From positions 576,001 to 640,000 of the forward strand of contig CAVYSY010000032.1 of assembly GCA_963771175.1 (NCBI GenBank): a DNA stretch of 64,000 bases. Direction: 5' to 3'. The notes below the pieces were generated by a model that was not told the DNA's origin, did no database searches, and saw only the letters and a program-made list of their open reading frames with translations. The position numbers and the translations under genes were made by a program. Source of the DNA: an uncultured delta proteobacterium. Lineage in GTDB: Bacteria; Myxococcota; Myxococcia; Myxococcales; Myxococcaceae. Of this stretch, positions 32,335-41,912 are shown in pieces; positions within the stretch are counted from its first letter, which is position 1; each line of letters begins with the position of its first letter.

Positions 32335-33221
32335 TCAGCCCTGGAGGAGGCCCAGCTTGCGCAGCTCGGCCTCCAGCTTCTTCGCGTTGGGCTCGGTCAT
32401 CGGCACCAGCGGCAGACGCAGCTCCGGACCAAAGAGCCCCAGCTTGTGCAGCGCCCACTTCACGGGGATGGGGTTGGACTCGACGAAGAGCAGATGGTGC
32501 AGCTCGTTCATCCGCACCTGGAGCTCGCGAGCCTCCGCCATCCGCCCCGCGCGCGCGGCGGCCACCAGGTCCGCCATCATCCGCGGCGCCACGTTGGAGG
32601 ACACCGAGATGACACCCTTGCCGCCGCAGGCGATGAAGGGCAGCACGGTGAAGTCGTCACCGGACAGCAGCGTCAGCCGCTCGCCGCACTTCTCCACCAG
32701 GTCCACCGCGCGAGCCATGTTCCCCGTGGCCTCCTTGATGGCCACCACCTCGGGGATGTCGCACATCCGCAGCGCCGTCTCCGGCAGCAGGTCCACCCCC
32801 GTCCGGCCCGGCACGTTGTAGGCGATGATGGGGAAGCCCGGGTGCGCCTTGGCGATCGCCCGGTAGTGCTCCACCAGGCCCGCCTGCGTGGGCTTGTTGT
32901 AGTAGGGCGTGACGATGAGCGTGCCGTCCGCCCCGGCCTCGCGCGCGCGCTTCACGCCTTCAATCGTCTCCGCGGTGCTGTTGGAGCCCGCGCCGGCCAC
33001 CACCGACACCCGACCCGCCGCCTCCTCCACCACCACCCGGATGGCGCGGAAGCGCTCCTCGGGGGACATGGTGACCGCCTCGCCCGTCGTGCCCATGGGG
33101 ATGAGCACGCTCGTCCCCCGGCGATCTGCTGCCGGACGAGCGCACGGTAGGCGGCCTCGTCGAGCGCGCCATCCCGGAAGGGGGTGGCGAGCGCGGTCAT
33201 CGAGCCTTCGAAGGTCTTCAT
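32335..33221 (-). CDS. dapA: 4-hydroxy-tetrahydrodipicolinate synthase (frameshift ~33118)
   Basis: ALATPF, GTTGE, PYYNKP, YNVPGRT, IKEATG. Confidence 0.93.
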
Positions 33222-33237
33222 GAAGCGGCTTATATGT

Positions 33238-34480
33238 TCAGGGCCGCTCGCCGCGCCAGAGGTCCTCGACGCTCTCCCGCTCGCGCACCACCCGCCAGGC
33301 CTCCCCGTCCACCAGCACCTCGGCCGGCCGCGGGCGCGAGTTGTAGTTGGAGGCCATGCTCATGCCGTAGGCCCCGGCGCTCATCAGCGCGAACAGGTCG
33401 CCCTGCTTGGGGAGCACCAGGGGGCGCTGGCGGGCCAGCACGTCGGTGGACTCGCACACCGGCCCCACCACGTCCACCTCCACCGCCTGGCCGCGGCGCT
33501 GGACGAGCGGCTCGATGCCGTGGTGGGCGTCGTAGAGGGCGGGGCGCATCAGGTCGTTCATGCCCGCGTCCACCACCACGAAGTGGCGGGCCGGCGTCTT
33601 CTTGCGGAACAGCACGCGGGTGACGAGCAGCCCGGCGTTGCCCACCAGCAGCCGGCCCGGCTCGAAGACGAGGGTGGCGCCGGTGTCGCCCACCGCCGAC
33701 AACGCGGTGCGCGCGTACTCCTCGGGCGAGGGCGGCGTCTCCGACGTGTAGGTGATGCCCAGGCCACCGCCGATATCCAGGTAGCGCAGCGCGTGCCCCT
33801 TGGCCTTCAGCGCCGTGTAGAGCCCGCCCACCTTGGACAGCGCGGCCTTGAAGGGCGCGGTGCGCGTAATCTGGGAGCCGATGTGGCAGTCCACCCCCAC
33901 CGCCTCCAGGCCCTTCATCCGCTTCGCGCGGGTGTAGAGGGCCATGGCCTCCTCGAAGGGGACGCCGAACTTGGACGTCTTCAGGCCGGTGGAGATGTGG
34001 CGGTGCGTGCCCGCGTCCACGTTGGGATTGACGCGGATGGCGAAGGGGGCGCGCTTGCCCTTGGCGCGGCCCACCGCGTCGAGGAGCTCCAACTCCTCGG
34101 GGCTCTCCACGTTGAAGAAGAGGATGCCGGCGTCGAGGGCCTGGGCCATCTCGTCCACCGTCTTGCCCACCCCGGCGAACACCGATCTTCCCCGGCTGGC
34201 CGCCGGCCGCCTTCACGCGGGCCAACTCGCCGCCCGAGACGATGTCGAAGCCACTGCCCTGCTCGGCCAGCAGCTTCAGCACGGCCAGGTTGGAGTTGGC
34301 CTTCACCGCGTAGCACACCAGGTGCGGGTGCGACCCGAAGGCCTCCGTCACCACCCGGAAGTGCCGGCGCAGGGTGGCGGTGGAGTAGACGTAGACAGGG
34401 GTGCCCACCGCCTCGGCGATGGCGGGCAGGGGCACGTCCTCGGCGTGGAGGACGCGCTTGCGGTAGCTGAAGTGATTCAC
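33238..34480 (-). CDS. lysA: Diaminopimelate decarboxylase (frameshift ~34185)
   Basis: YAVKAN, HIGSQ, EPGR, GPVCES, GAYG..MASNYN. Confidence 0.93.
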
Positions 34481-34680
34481 GGAGTTCCGGCGTCCGGAGG
34501 GGGAAGCGACGAAGGCAGCGGACCGCTCGGCGGGTTGGCCGGCGGTTGCGCCTCCGCGGGAGGAGCCTGCGTCTCCGAGGTGGGAGGAGGCGGCTCCTCG
34601 GGAGGACGGGGCGGCGCCTTGATACCGCAGGCCGCCCCCCCCAGCGTGAGCAGCACGACGATGACGTGCAGTCGCCGCAT
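34477..34680 (-). CDS. Small Pro-rich lipoprotein (LptM/YifL/LppL-like)
   Basis: Lipobox AAC followed by GIKAPP; overlaps the lysA start. Confidence 0.6.
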   Translation of the reverse strand: MRRLHVIVVLLTLGGAACGIKAPPRPPEEPPPPTSETQAPPAEAQPPANPPSGPLPSSLPPPDAGTP

Positions 34681-34691
34681 GGTGTGCCCGC

Positions 34692-36482
34692 CTAGAAACG
34701 GATGCCCAACACGCCACGGACGGACTGGGCCGTCGCCAGCTCGGCGGGACGGAGGGCCTCCTCCACATCCTGCAGGCCGCTGAGCGGGAAGAGCACGGAC
34801 CACTCCACCTTCGCGATGAAGCCATCCTCCGTCTCGTAGCGGGCCCCCAGGTTCGTCTCGATGCCCAGGGCCCTGCTCTCGTTGGAGGGCGTGGACTCGG
34901 GGTAGAGGGCCTGCGAGTAGATGACGCTGCCGAAGACGTCGAAGCCCTGGGTCAGCGTGTAGCGCACCGTGGGCTTGAGGTAGAGGGCGTCGGTGACGGT
35001 ACCGACGAGCTCGCGCCAGAGGATGTTGTCCACGCGGTAGGCGCGGTTGAAGCGGAAGTTGCGGATCATGCTGTCGGAGCAGCCGCCTCTGCCGCAGGCG
35101 AACTGCGGGCCGTCCACGTCGCCCGGCTCGGTGTTGCCCGAGCCCTCCTGGCCCGGGTAGGCGCCGAAGCCCGGCGCCCGGTCACCCGAGGCGAAGCCCA
35201 CCTCGGCCTGGATGTTGAGCTGACCGTTGAGCAGCCGGTACTCGCCCTGCAGCACGCCGCCGAAGTTCAGCACGTCCAGTGCCTGGTTCTGGCGGGCGCC
35301 ATCAACGGAGACCACCGTCTCGACGTTGCCGAAGTAGGCAGCCGCCTCGAACTCCACGCGGAAGTTGCGCTCCTCGTAGCGCAGCCACACGTCGGGGATG
35401 TAGAGGGTGGCGTCGCGCCGGATGAGCCCCAGACTCGGGTCCACCGCCCCCTCATCGTTGCGCGCCTGGCTGTAGCGCTCGTTGCGCCAGGAGAAGTGCA
35501 CGCCGTAGTTGAGGACGCCCTGGTTGTTGTCCAGCTTGGCCTTCACCTGCTGCGGGGTGTCGCGGCGCGCCACGGCCAGCACCCAGCTATGGCTGTCGTC
35601 CGCGTTGGTCGCGTCGTACTGCGGGCCCTCGGAGCTCTTGTTGTAGAAGCCGGCGCCCTCGTCGTTGAACTCCAGCATGGGCGTCACGTAGAAGCCATCG
35701 AGGGGCTCCGTGACGAACATGACGCGGTCCACCCGGTCCCCGAAGTCGCAGTCCAGGCACGAGCCGTCGTTGCGCAGGATGCCCAGACCCCACTGCGCGT
35801 TCATCCGACCGAAGCGCAGCAGACCCACCGGCGTGGACACCTCGCCGTAGGCCTCGCGCACCATCACCGAGTCCTTGATGGAGTTGATGGCCGAGCGGGG
35901 CGGAGTCTGCCCGTCGTTGAAGATGTCGAAGAGGTAGAAGGCGTTGTCGGGGTAGCTGCTCAGCGGCGTGGAGCCCAGCAGCACGTTGTCCAGCGCGTCG
36001 AGCTGGACCTTCACCCGCACCTCCTCGGAGATGTTGAAGGTGGGCTCCAGGCGCAGGCGCATGTCGGCGCCGGACTGGGTCCGCTCGGTGGCGCGGGGCG
36101 AGTGCGGGAAGAGCTCGCGGCCGGGCGCCCGGCCCAGATCGAACTGATAGAGGAGGTTGGGGCGCAGGCGGTAGTAGCCGTCCATCGTGAAGATTTCCAG
36201 CTTGCGCTTCTCCTCCACCCACTCCTCCTGCCAGTCACTGGAGAGCGACTGGGTGGCGAGCTGGGCGCGGATCTCCTCGCGCATCTCCTGCTTGGCGGCC
36301 TCGAGGCGCTTGTCCACCTCCTGGCGGATGCGCTCCTCGGTGGAGTCGGCGCCCTCCTGGGCCGGAGTGGCGGGCGCGTTCTCCTGGGCGGGAGCCGGGG
36401 TACCGGTCTGCGACTCCGGCGTCTGGGCGGTGGCCGTAGCGGAGGCGACGAGCAGGGCCGCCAGCAGGGCGTTGGACGACAT
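34692..36482 (-). CDS. Outer-membrane beta-barrel protein (TIGR04551-like)
   Basis: Signal peptide, GRM..QWGLGI..NDG.C.DCD.GD motif, C-terminal Phe. Confidence 0.75.
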   Translation of the reverse strand: MSSNALLAALLVASATATAQTPESQTGTPAPAQENAPATPAQEGADSTEERIRQEVDKRLEAAKQEMREEIRAQLATQSLSSDWQEEWVEEKRKLEIFTMDGYYRLRPNLLYQFDLGRAPGRELFPHSPRATERTQSGADMRLRLEPTFNISEEVRVKVQLDALDNVLLGSTPLSSYPDNAFYLFDIFNDGQTPPRSAINSIKDSVMVREAYGEVSTPVGLLRFGRMNAQWGLGILRNDGSCLDCDFGDRVDRVMFVTEPLDGFYVTPMLEFNDEGAGFYNKSSEGPQYDATNADDSHSWVLAVARRDTPQQVKAKLDNNQGVLNYGVHFSWRNERYSQARNDEGAVDPSLGLIRRDATLYIPDVWLRYEERNFRVEFEAAAYFGNVETVVSVDGARQNQALDVLNFGGVLQGEYRLLNGQLNIQAEVGFASGDRAPGFGAYPGQEGSGNTEPGDVDGPQFACGRGGCSDSMIRNFRFNRAYRVDNILWRELVGTVTDALYLKPTVRYTLTQGFDVFGSVIYSQALYPESTPSNESRALGIETNLGARYETEDGFIAKVEWSVLFPLSGLQDVEEALRPAELATAQSVRGVLGIRF

Positions 36483-36559
36483 AGAGGGTTCTTCTCCGGT
36501 GCCGCGCGAGTGCGGCGGGTGCAAAGGGCCGGCGAGTCAAGCGGAGTGCGCCGGGGGTG

Positions 36560-37417
36560 TCAACGACGTCGAGAAACCGTCTTCCGCCGTGCGTCCGGGG
36601 GTTTACGGCCCGGGTGCAGTGGCTGGCAGCGCGGACAGCAATGGGTGGTGCGCCCTCCCTGGAGGAAGGACTCCACCGTCGCCCCACAGCGCGCGCAAGG
36701 CGTCCCGGCGCGACCGTAGACGAGGAAACGGTTCTCCGCGCCATCCTCCAGGTACGCGGGCTCCTCGCCCTGCTGCTCCTCGAGGCCGAAGGCGATGGAG
36801 GCGTGGATGGCATCCGCCAGCCGTTGCCACTCCTCGGGGGAGAGGGACGCGGGCTTGCGCGAGGGGTGAAGGCCGGCGCGGTAGAGCGCCTCGGCGGCAT
36901 GGATGTTGCCGAGTCCCGTGACGCGTCCCTGGTCCATCAGGGCCACCTTGAGGTCCTGCCGGGAGGTGCCCACGGCCTGCTGGAGTTGCTCGGCGGAGAG
37001 GCCATCGGCGAGCGGATCCCTCCCCAGCTCCTTCACGGCCTCCAGCGAGTGCAGGCGCGAGGCGGCGCAGGGCTCCATGCGGCCGAAGAGGCGCGAGTCG
37101 GCGAAGTGGATGACGTCGCCGGAGTCCAGGTGGAAGCGGGCGCGGCTGTAGGGGACGGGGACGCCCTCGGGGCGGCGGACGAACCGGCCCGTCATGCCCA
37201 GGTGGGCCAGCAGCCCCCGGCCCCCCTCGAAGGTGAAGAGGAGGTATTTGCCGCGCCGCTCCAGGGACTCCAGCCGGCCTCTAATGGAGGCGAAGTCCTC
37301 CCGGCGGGCCCCGCGGAAGACGCGGGAGGCGTCCGCCTCGGCCCTCACGACGCGGCGACCGTCCAGCCAATGGACGAGGTTGCGCCGGGCGATTTCGACT
37401 TCGGGAAGCTCGGGCAT
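36560..37417 (-). CDS. mutM: Formamidopyrimidine-DNA glycosylase (Fpg/Nei)
   Basis: MPELPEVE, RRGK, HLGMTG, GLGNI, C4 zinc finger. Confidence 0.92.
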   Translation of the reverse strand: MPELPEVEIARRNLVHWLDGRRVVRAEADASRVFRGARREDFASIRGRLESLERRGKYLLFTFEGGRGLLAHLGMTGRFVRRPEGVPVPYSRARFHLDSGDVIHFADSRLFGRMEPCAASRLHSLEAVKELGRDPLADGLSAEQLQQAVGTSRQDLKVALMDQGRVTGLGNIHAAEALYRAGLHPSRKPASLSPEEWQRLADAIHASIAFGLEEQQGEEPAYLEDGAENRFLVYGRAGTPCARCGATVESFLQGGRTTHCCPRCQPLHPGRKPPDARRKTVSRRR

Positions 37418-37440
37418 GGCGGGTGCGGCATACCACTTCA

Positions 37441-37458
37441 CTTCTGGACGTCCAGAAG
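37441..37458. repeat. Perfect palindrome CTTCTGGACGTCCAGAAG
   Basis: Seen directly; recurs at 41567. Confidence 0.9.
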
Positions 37459-37606
37459 CACACCACGCTACTCTCTGGGTGGAGGACTCCTATAGGCGGG
37501 AGTATACTTCACCTCAGCCGTAGGGCTGAGTGGGATGACCTCGCCCGTCGAACAATGTATTTCTGGATGGCGTTCCGACGCGACTCGAAGGCATCCTGCC
37601 TGGACG

Positions 37607-38053
37607 ATGAATGACAAGGAGTTGCTGGAGAAGGCGCTGCATGTGGCGAAAGAAGCGGGCCTTCTCCTGCTCCGCAAGTACGACTCCGTACCCCCGTTCG
37701 GGCTGACCCTCGACCCGGCAGGTGACAATCCAAGAACCTGTTTTCCCCGGGACCAACTGCCACGCGCCTCATGGGACGAGCTGCTCGACGCCACCATCGC
37801 GCATCTCGAGAGCAGCATCGGTTCGGCCGGTGTCGGGGCAATCGCACTCGTCACCACGCTCGAGTCAGGAAGCGAGTCCGGCATTGGCGTCCAGGTCGAG
37901 ACACACGCCTCCTCGCTGTTTCTGGTGTACCCCTACAGCGGAACCGGGCAGAGCCGGAGCCTCGGGCAACCCCTGACGGCGAAGGAGTTGCTCGTTGGCC
38001 CGCTCCTGGCAGGACGCCGAAGGCGCTGGTGGTCCTTTTTCAGCCGGAAATAG
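37607..38053 (+). CDS. Hypothetical protein, possibly an orphan immunity protein
   Basis: 148-aa ORF with atypical codon usage inside the toxin island; ends RRWWSFFSRK. Confidence 0.55.
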   Translation: MNDKELLEKALHVAKEAGLLLLRKYDSVPPFGLTLDPAGDNPRTCFPRDQLPRASWDELLDATIAHLESSIGSAGVGAIALVTTLESGSESGIGVQVETHASSLFLVYPYSGTGQSRSLGQPLTAKELLVGPLLAGRRRRWWSFFSRK

Positions 38054-38099
38054 TGTCCTGACGGGCTTGAGTGGTTGACGTCTACATCTCCCGGTTCTC

Positions 38100-38157
38100 A
38101 AGAACTCGCCCGCCATGCCGCGCCAGATTCGACGCTGTTCCGGAGGGAATCTCGTCC
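38100..38157 (-). repeat. Degenerate copy of the toxin 3'-end segment
   Basis: AGAACTCGCCCGCCATG...GTTCCGGAG.GAATCTCGT matches 39560-39625 with an internal deletion. Confidence 0.75.
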
Positions 38158-38160
38158 TCG

Positions 38161-38793
38161 TCAGTAGACGATGCAGTCGAACTTCTCGATGACGGCGCGG
38201 ATCTCTTCGAGCGGCGCCTCAAGCCTTTCAGCCAGGACGGGGGCGTAATAGGTCAGCGATTGGGTAGGGGCCGGTTGGGTGTGAAGCTCATCCACGATGA
38301 CACTTCCAAAGAGACCCGGCCACTTGACGCCGCGTAGCTCGGGGGCGCGGCGGATCGGGTCCAGGAAGGTGAAGCAGGGCCACTTGGGAAAGCGAATGGT
38401 GGCGGGGTCGCACCCCATGATGCGGCAGCCATCCAGGCGGGCCTCGGTGAAGTCGCAGTCCTCGATAGAGCCGTGCTGATACCACGGTTCACTCCCGTAC
38501 TCAGGCCAGTGCCCGAAGTCGCACCCAGAAAAACGCCCCTTGAAGCGACAGCCCTTCAGGGATGCGCCTACCCAGCTCTGATGGTTCTTCAACTCCTGCT
38601 TCACCTCGAAAGAGCAGTCGATGAACCTGGCCCCGAGGAGGTGCAGGCGTCTCGCGGATACCTTCAAGACGACAGTGCAGTTGCGCAGCGTCAGGTTGGG
38701 GCCGAGGAAATAGAGCGAATCCTTGTCCGTCACCTCGAACCGCTCGTTTGCAATCTCCCTGTCCGCGACGAGGACGTTCTCCAACCACCCCAT
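38161..38793 (-). CDS. Pentapeptide-repeat-like putative immunity protein, paralogue 2
   Basis: 210 aa; same length and highly similar to 38896-39528 (ASLKGCRFKG, HGSIEDCDFTEA, IEKFDCIVY). Confidence 0.8.
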   Translation of the reverse strand: MGWLENVLVADREIANERFEVTDKDSLYFLGPNLTLRNCTVVLKVSARRLHLLGARFIDCSFEVKQELKNHQSWVGASLKGCRFKGRFSGCDFGHWPEYGSEPWYQHGSIEDCDFTEARLDGCRIMGCDPATIRFPKWPCFTFLDPIRRAPELRGVKWPGLFGSVIVDELHTQPAPTQSLTYYAPVLAERLEAPLEEIRAVIEKFDCIVY

Positions 38794-38890
38794 GGCCGCC
38801 CCTTTCAGAAGGTGAGCATCCGGAAGAACTCGCCCGCCATGCGCCTGCCGTGACGCGCCAGATGCGACTCCGTTCCGGAGAGGCTCTCGT
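38791..38890 (-). repeat. Copy of the toxin 3' end plus RBS (LSGTESHLARHGRRMAGEFFRMLTF*)
   Basis: Near-identical to 39526-39626. Confidence 0.85.
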
Positions 38891-38895
38891 CCGCG

Positions 38896-39528
38896 TCAGT
38901 AGACGATGCAGTCGAACTTCTCGATGGCGGCCTTAAACGCTTCCGGGGTGGTCTCGTATCGCTTCGCGAGAGCCGAGGCCAGGAGGGTCACTGCCCTCGT
39001 GGACGAAGGGTCCCTGTAACGACCCTCGACGTGAATCGGGGTGAAGTTCCCCGGCCACTGGACGCTGTTGAGCTCACGGCTCCTGCTGATGGGCTCCAGG
39101 ATGGTGAAGCAGGGCCACCTGGGAAAACGCAGGGTCTGCGGGTCACATCCATGGAACCGGCAACCGTCCAGGATTGCCTCGGTGAAGTCGCAGTCCTCGA
39201 TGGAGCCGTGCTGATACCACGGCAGGCTCATGTATTCAGGCCAGTGGCCGAAGTCACACCCTGTCAACCGCCCCTTGAACCGGCAGCCCTTGAGGGACGC
39301 AGCCAGCCAGCCCTGGTGATTCTTCAACTCCTGCTTCACCTCGAAGGTGCAATCGATGAAGCGGGGCTGCTTGAAGCTCAGGCGCCGAGCGGACACCTTC
39401 AGCATGAGGGTACAGTTCCTCAGCGTCAGGTCGGGGCCGAGGATGTAGTTGGCCTTCGTGTCCGTCAGTTCCAGTCGCTCGTTTTCGATTTCCCGGTCCT
39501 TGAAGATGACATTGCCGAGCGAATCCAT
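38896..39528 (-). CDS. Pentapeptide-repeat-like putative immunity protein, paralogue 1 (likely cognate)
   Basis: Starts 11 nt after the toxin stop; CxF/CDF repeats. Confidence 0.8.
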   Translation of the reverse strand: MDSLGNVIFKDREIENERLELTDTKANYILGPDLTLRNCTLMLKVSARRLSFKQPRFIDCTFEVKQELKNHQGWLAASLKGCRFKGRLTGCDFGHWPEYMSLPWYQHGSIEDCDFTEAILDGCRFHGCDPQTLRFPRWPCFTILEPISRSRELNSVQWPGNFTPIHVEGRYRDPSSTRAVTLLASALAKRYETTPEAFKAAIEKFDCIVY

Positions 39529-39539
39529 CGCCGCCCCTT

Positions 39540-41232
39540 TCAGAAGGTGAGCATCCGGAAGAACTCGCCCGACATGCGCCTGCCATGCCGCGCCAGGTTC
39601 GACTCCGTTCCGGAGAGAATCTCGTACCGGGTGCCCGTTGCCGGGTCAACCACATCGACCCCCTTGCTCAGGCTGAAGTCGTAGAGGTGCTCGAACTGCT
39701 CCTTCACCTTGCGCTGTACGTAGCGTCCCCGGGCCTCGCGCTCCAGCAGCCGCGCCAGCCAGTATTCGCCCCGCTTCAGTGCCCGGTCGATGGCATCCAG
39801 TTCTTGCGGCGAGAGCTTGTCAGGCCCCCATTGCTTCGCGGCCCGGGTGATGGCCTCCTGGAACATGTCCCCCACCGTGTCCTTGGCGGGGATGTCCGCC
39901 ACCGACTTGCCGCGCGACAAGTGCCAGCGCTGGCCATCGCTGAGCGCCACCTGCTGGTTGCCGCCCCGGTGCCGCAGCACGGTGGTGGCGGAGCGGCCTC
40001 CCGGGGCCTGTCCCGCCCCATTGCCCTGCCCCTTCTTGAACATCACCACGGCCAGGGGGCCCTGGGGAGAGGTGGCCACCGTCTCCGCCGCCGCCACCGC
40101 CCGGGCCAGCGCCGTCTCCTGTACCAGCGCCGTCTCCGCCGCCACTTCGGGCGCCAGCAGTGCCGCCCCGCCCTGGGCCTCGAACTGCGCCCCCGCCAGG
40201 GAGTAGCCCGGAAGCGACTTCACCCGCGCGGCCACCTGCCCCAGCGTGTGTCCGGCTGAGGGTGGCCACCGCCAGAATCATCGCCCGGGCCGAGTCCTCG
40301 CCCAGCACCCTGCCGAATTCCTCGCCCGCCGCGCGCAGCTCCGCGAAGGTGGTGGCCTCGTGGGCCGCGTTGGCCATGCGGGCCCAGCCGTCCATCAGCC
40401 CGTACACCGTCTCGAGGCCCAGGTAGCCCATGAGGAGGAGGGTCAGGCTGGCGGCCACCGCCTTGGTCGTCGGCTCGGGCACCATCCACAACATGCAGTA
40501 GAGGGCCACCGTCCAGACGACCATGGAGACGAGCGCCCGCACGTCCAGCAGCTCGCGGGATAGGGCCGCCTTCGTCTCGTCGAGCACGTTGCCGAAGGCC
40601 AGGGCCAGGGCCAGTGTCCGCCGGTCGTCCGTGCGCAGGTAGGGCCCGTCGTCCAGCAGGCCCATGCAGTCGCCGCCGCCCTGCCCCTCACACCACCCGA
40701 GGTACTTCGCCCTCAGCGCCTCCTCCGCCTCGGGGGTGAGGGCCACCGGGCCCTGCTGCCTCTCCGGCACCAGCGTGTAGGCCCGGCCCCGGTACATCTC
40801 CAGCCGCCAGTCCCCCGCGCTCGCCACCGTCTCCTCTCCTCCTGGCGGCGGCGGCAGGAGGCGCAGCAGTTCGAGGGCGGCCTCCCGGGGCGTCTTCCCC
40901 CCGAGCCTCACCTCCCGGTAGAGCCGCTGCACGGCCCGCTGGAACTCGGCCGGAGGGATGGGCACCGGCCGGGTGGCCACCGCGCCCGCTTCCAGGAAGC
41001 CCAGCTCATACACGCTGGCCCCTTCCAGGCCGGGCTCCGCCGTGTCGGCCACATGCTCTCGGGGGGCCGGTGGGGGCACGAGCGCCCTGTAGCGGTAGCC
41101 CGCCAGCATATCGCCGCCAGGGCCGCCCGTGGCGCACGCGGAGAAGAGAAAGAGGACGAGGAGAAACCAGCCGCCCAACAGGGGGCGCAGCCGCGCGCCT
41201 AACGGACGCGGGCCATGAAGACGGGGAGACAC
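39540..41232 (-). CDS. SitA5-like lipoprotein polymorphic toxin (frameshift ~40250)
   Basis: Lipobox FSAC; YLGWC....GDC.GLL, VPEPTTK, ATTFAELRAAGEEFG, LPG...A motifs typical of SitA5; variable C-terminus. Confidence 0.75.
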
Positions 41233-41391
41233 GGCGCACCTCCAGGAGCGACGCGGCGTACACGCCGTCGCTCCGGGATTACACGGAAACGCGGGTGCGC
41301 CCGTCAAGCCGTTGGGTAAGCCAGTGTCTGAAGGACTCAATAGGTAGGCAGGTAGGCCGCGAACGGAACCGCGGCCCCTCGCGCGGCGGCG

Positions 41392-41470
41392 CTACGGGAA
41401 CGTCACTCTCTCCAGGATGACGGAGCGCCCGTCCGCGTCCCACAGCGTCAGGGTGTTCGCGCCTCCCGGG
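41392..41470 (-). pseudogene. 3' remnant of a DUF2381 gene
   Basis: TLTLWDADGRSVILERVTFP* aligns with TLTLRGKDSRVITLSGITFP near the end of 20540-21478. Confidence 0.6.
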
Positions 41471-41565
41471 CCTCCTCGTAGAAGGCCACCAGGCGCGTGT
41501 GTCAGGCGAAAACGCCAGGACACCGACGCGGCGACAACGGCTGAATCAGCGACCAGAGCCGCCTC

Positions 41566-41741
41566 ACTTCTGGACGTCCAGAAGTAATTATGCATTTTAA
41601 ATGCAACATAACTTCCAGACGTCCAGAAGTGAAGCCGCCAGAATGGGGGAAAACGGGGCCCGTCCAGGGGCGGAGACTGGCGCGGGAGCGCTCTGGATGG
41701 CGCCGTGGCACGCCGGCCGCCACTTCCACCGTCCAGAAGTG
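41566..41741. repeat. Cluster of three ACTTC(TG/CA)..CGTCCAGAAGT palindromes
   Basis: 41566-41585 perfect; 41611-41630 two mismatches; 41722-41740 degenerate. Confidence 0.85.
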
Positions 41742-41912
41742 AAACGCCCGGGGGCTGCCTTCGTTCTCGCACTCCGGAATGCGCGCATCAGAAGCATTTC
41801 TTACTTGTTGCCGCGCTCACACCTGCGCGAAGACACGTCCCGAAAGACGGCGTCCCCCCCAGTACAAGGGACGCCCTTCCACTCAACCGCTTCTCTTCAT
41901 CGGAGGCCCCAC

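Noticed and set aside
31487..34480. Pseudogenised or programmed-frameshift lysine pathway
   Set aside because: Indels are scattered across unrelated genes, no slippery-site pattern was noticed, and the coding sequence is otherwise intact; assembly error is more parsimonious
41566..41741. CRISPR array
   Set aside because: Only three ~20-bp repeats with irregular spacers (25 and ~90 nt) and no cas genes
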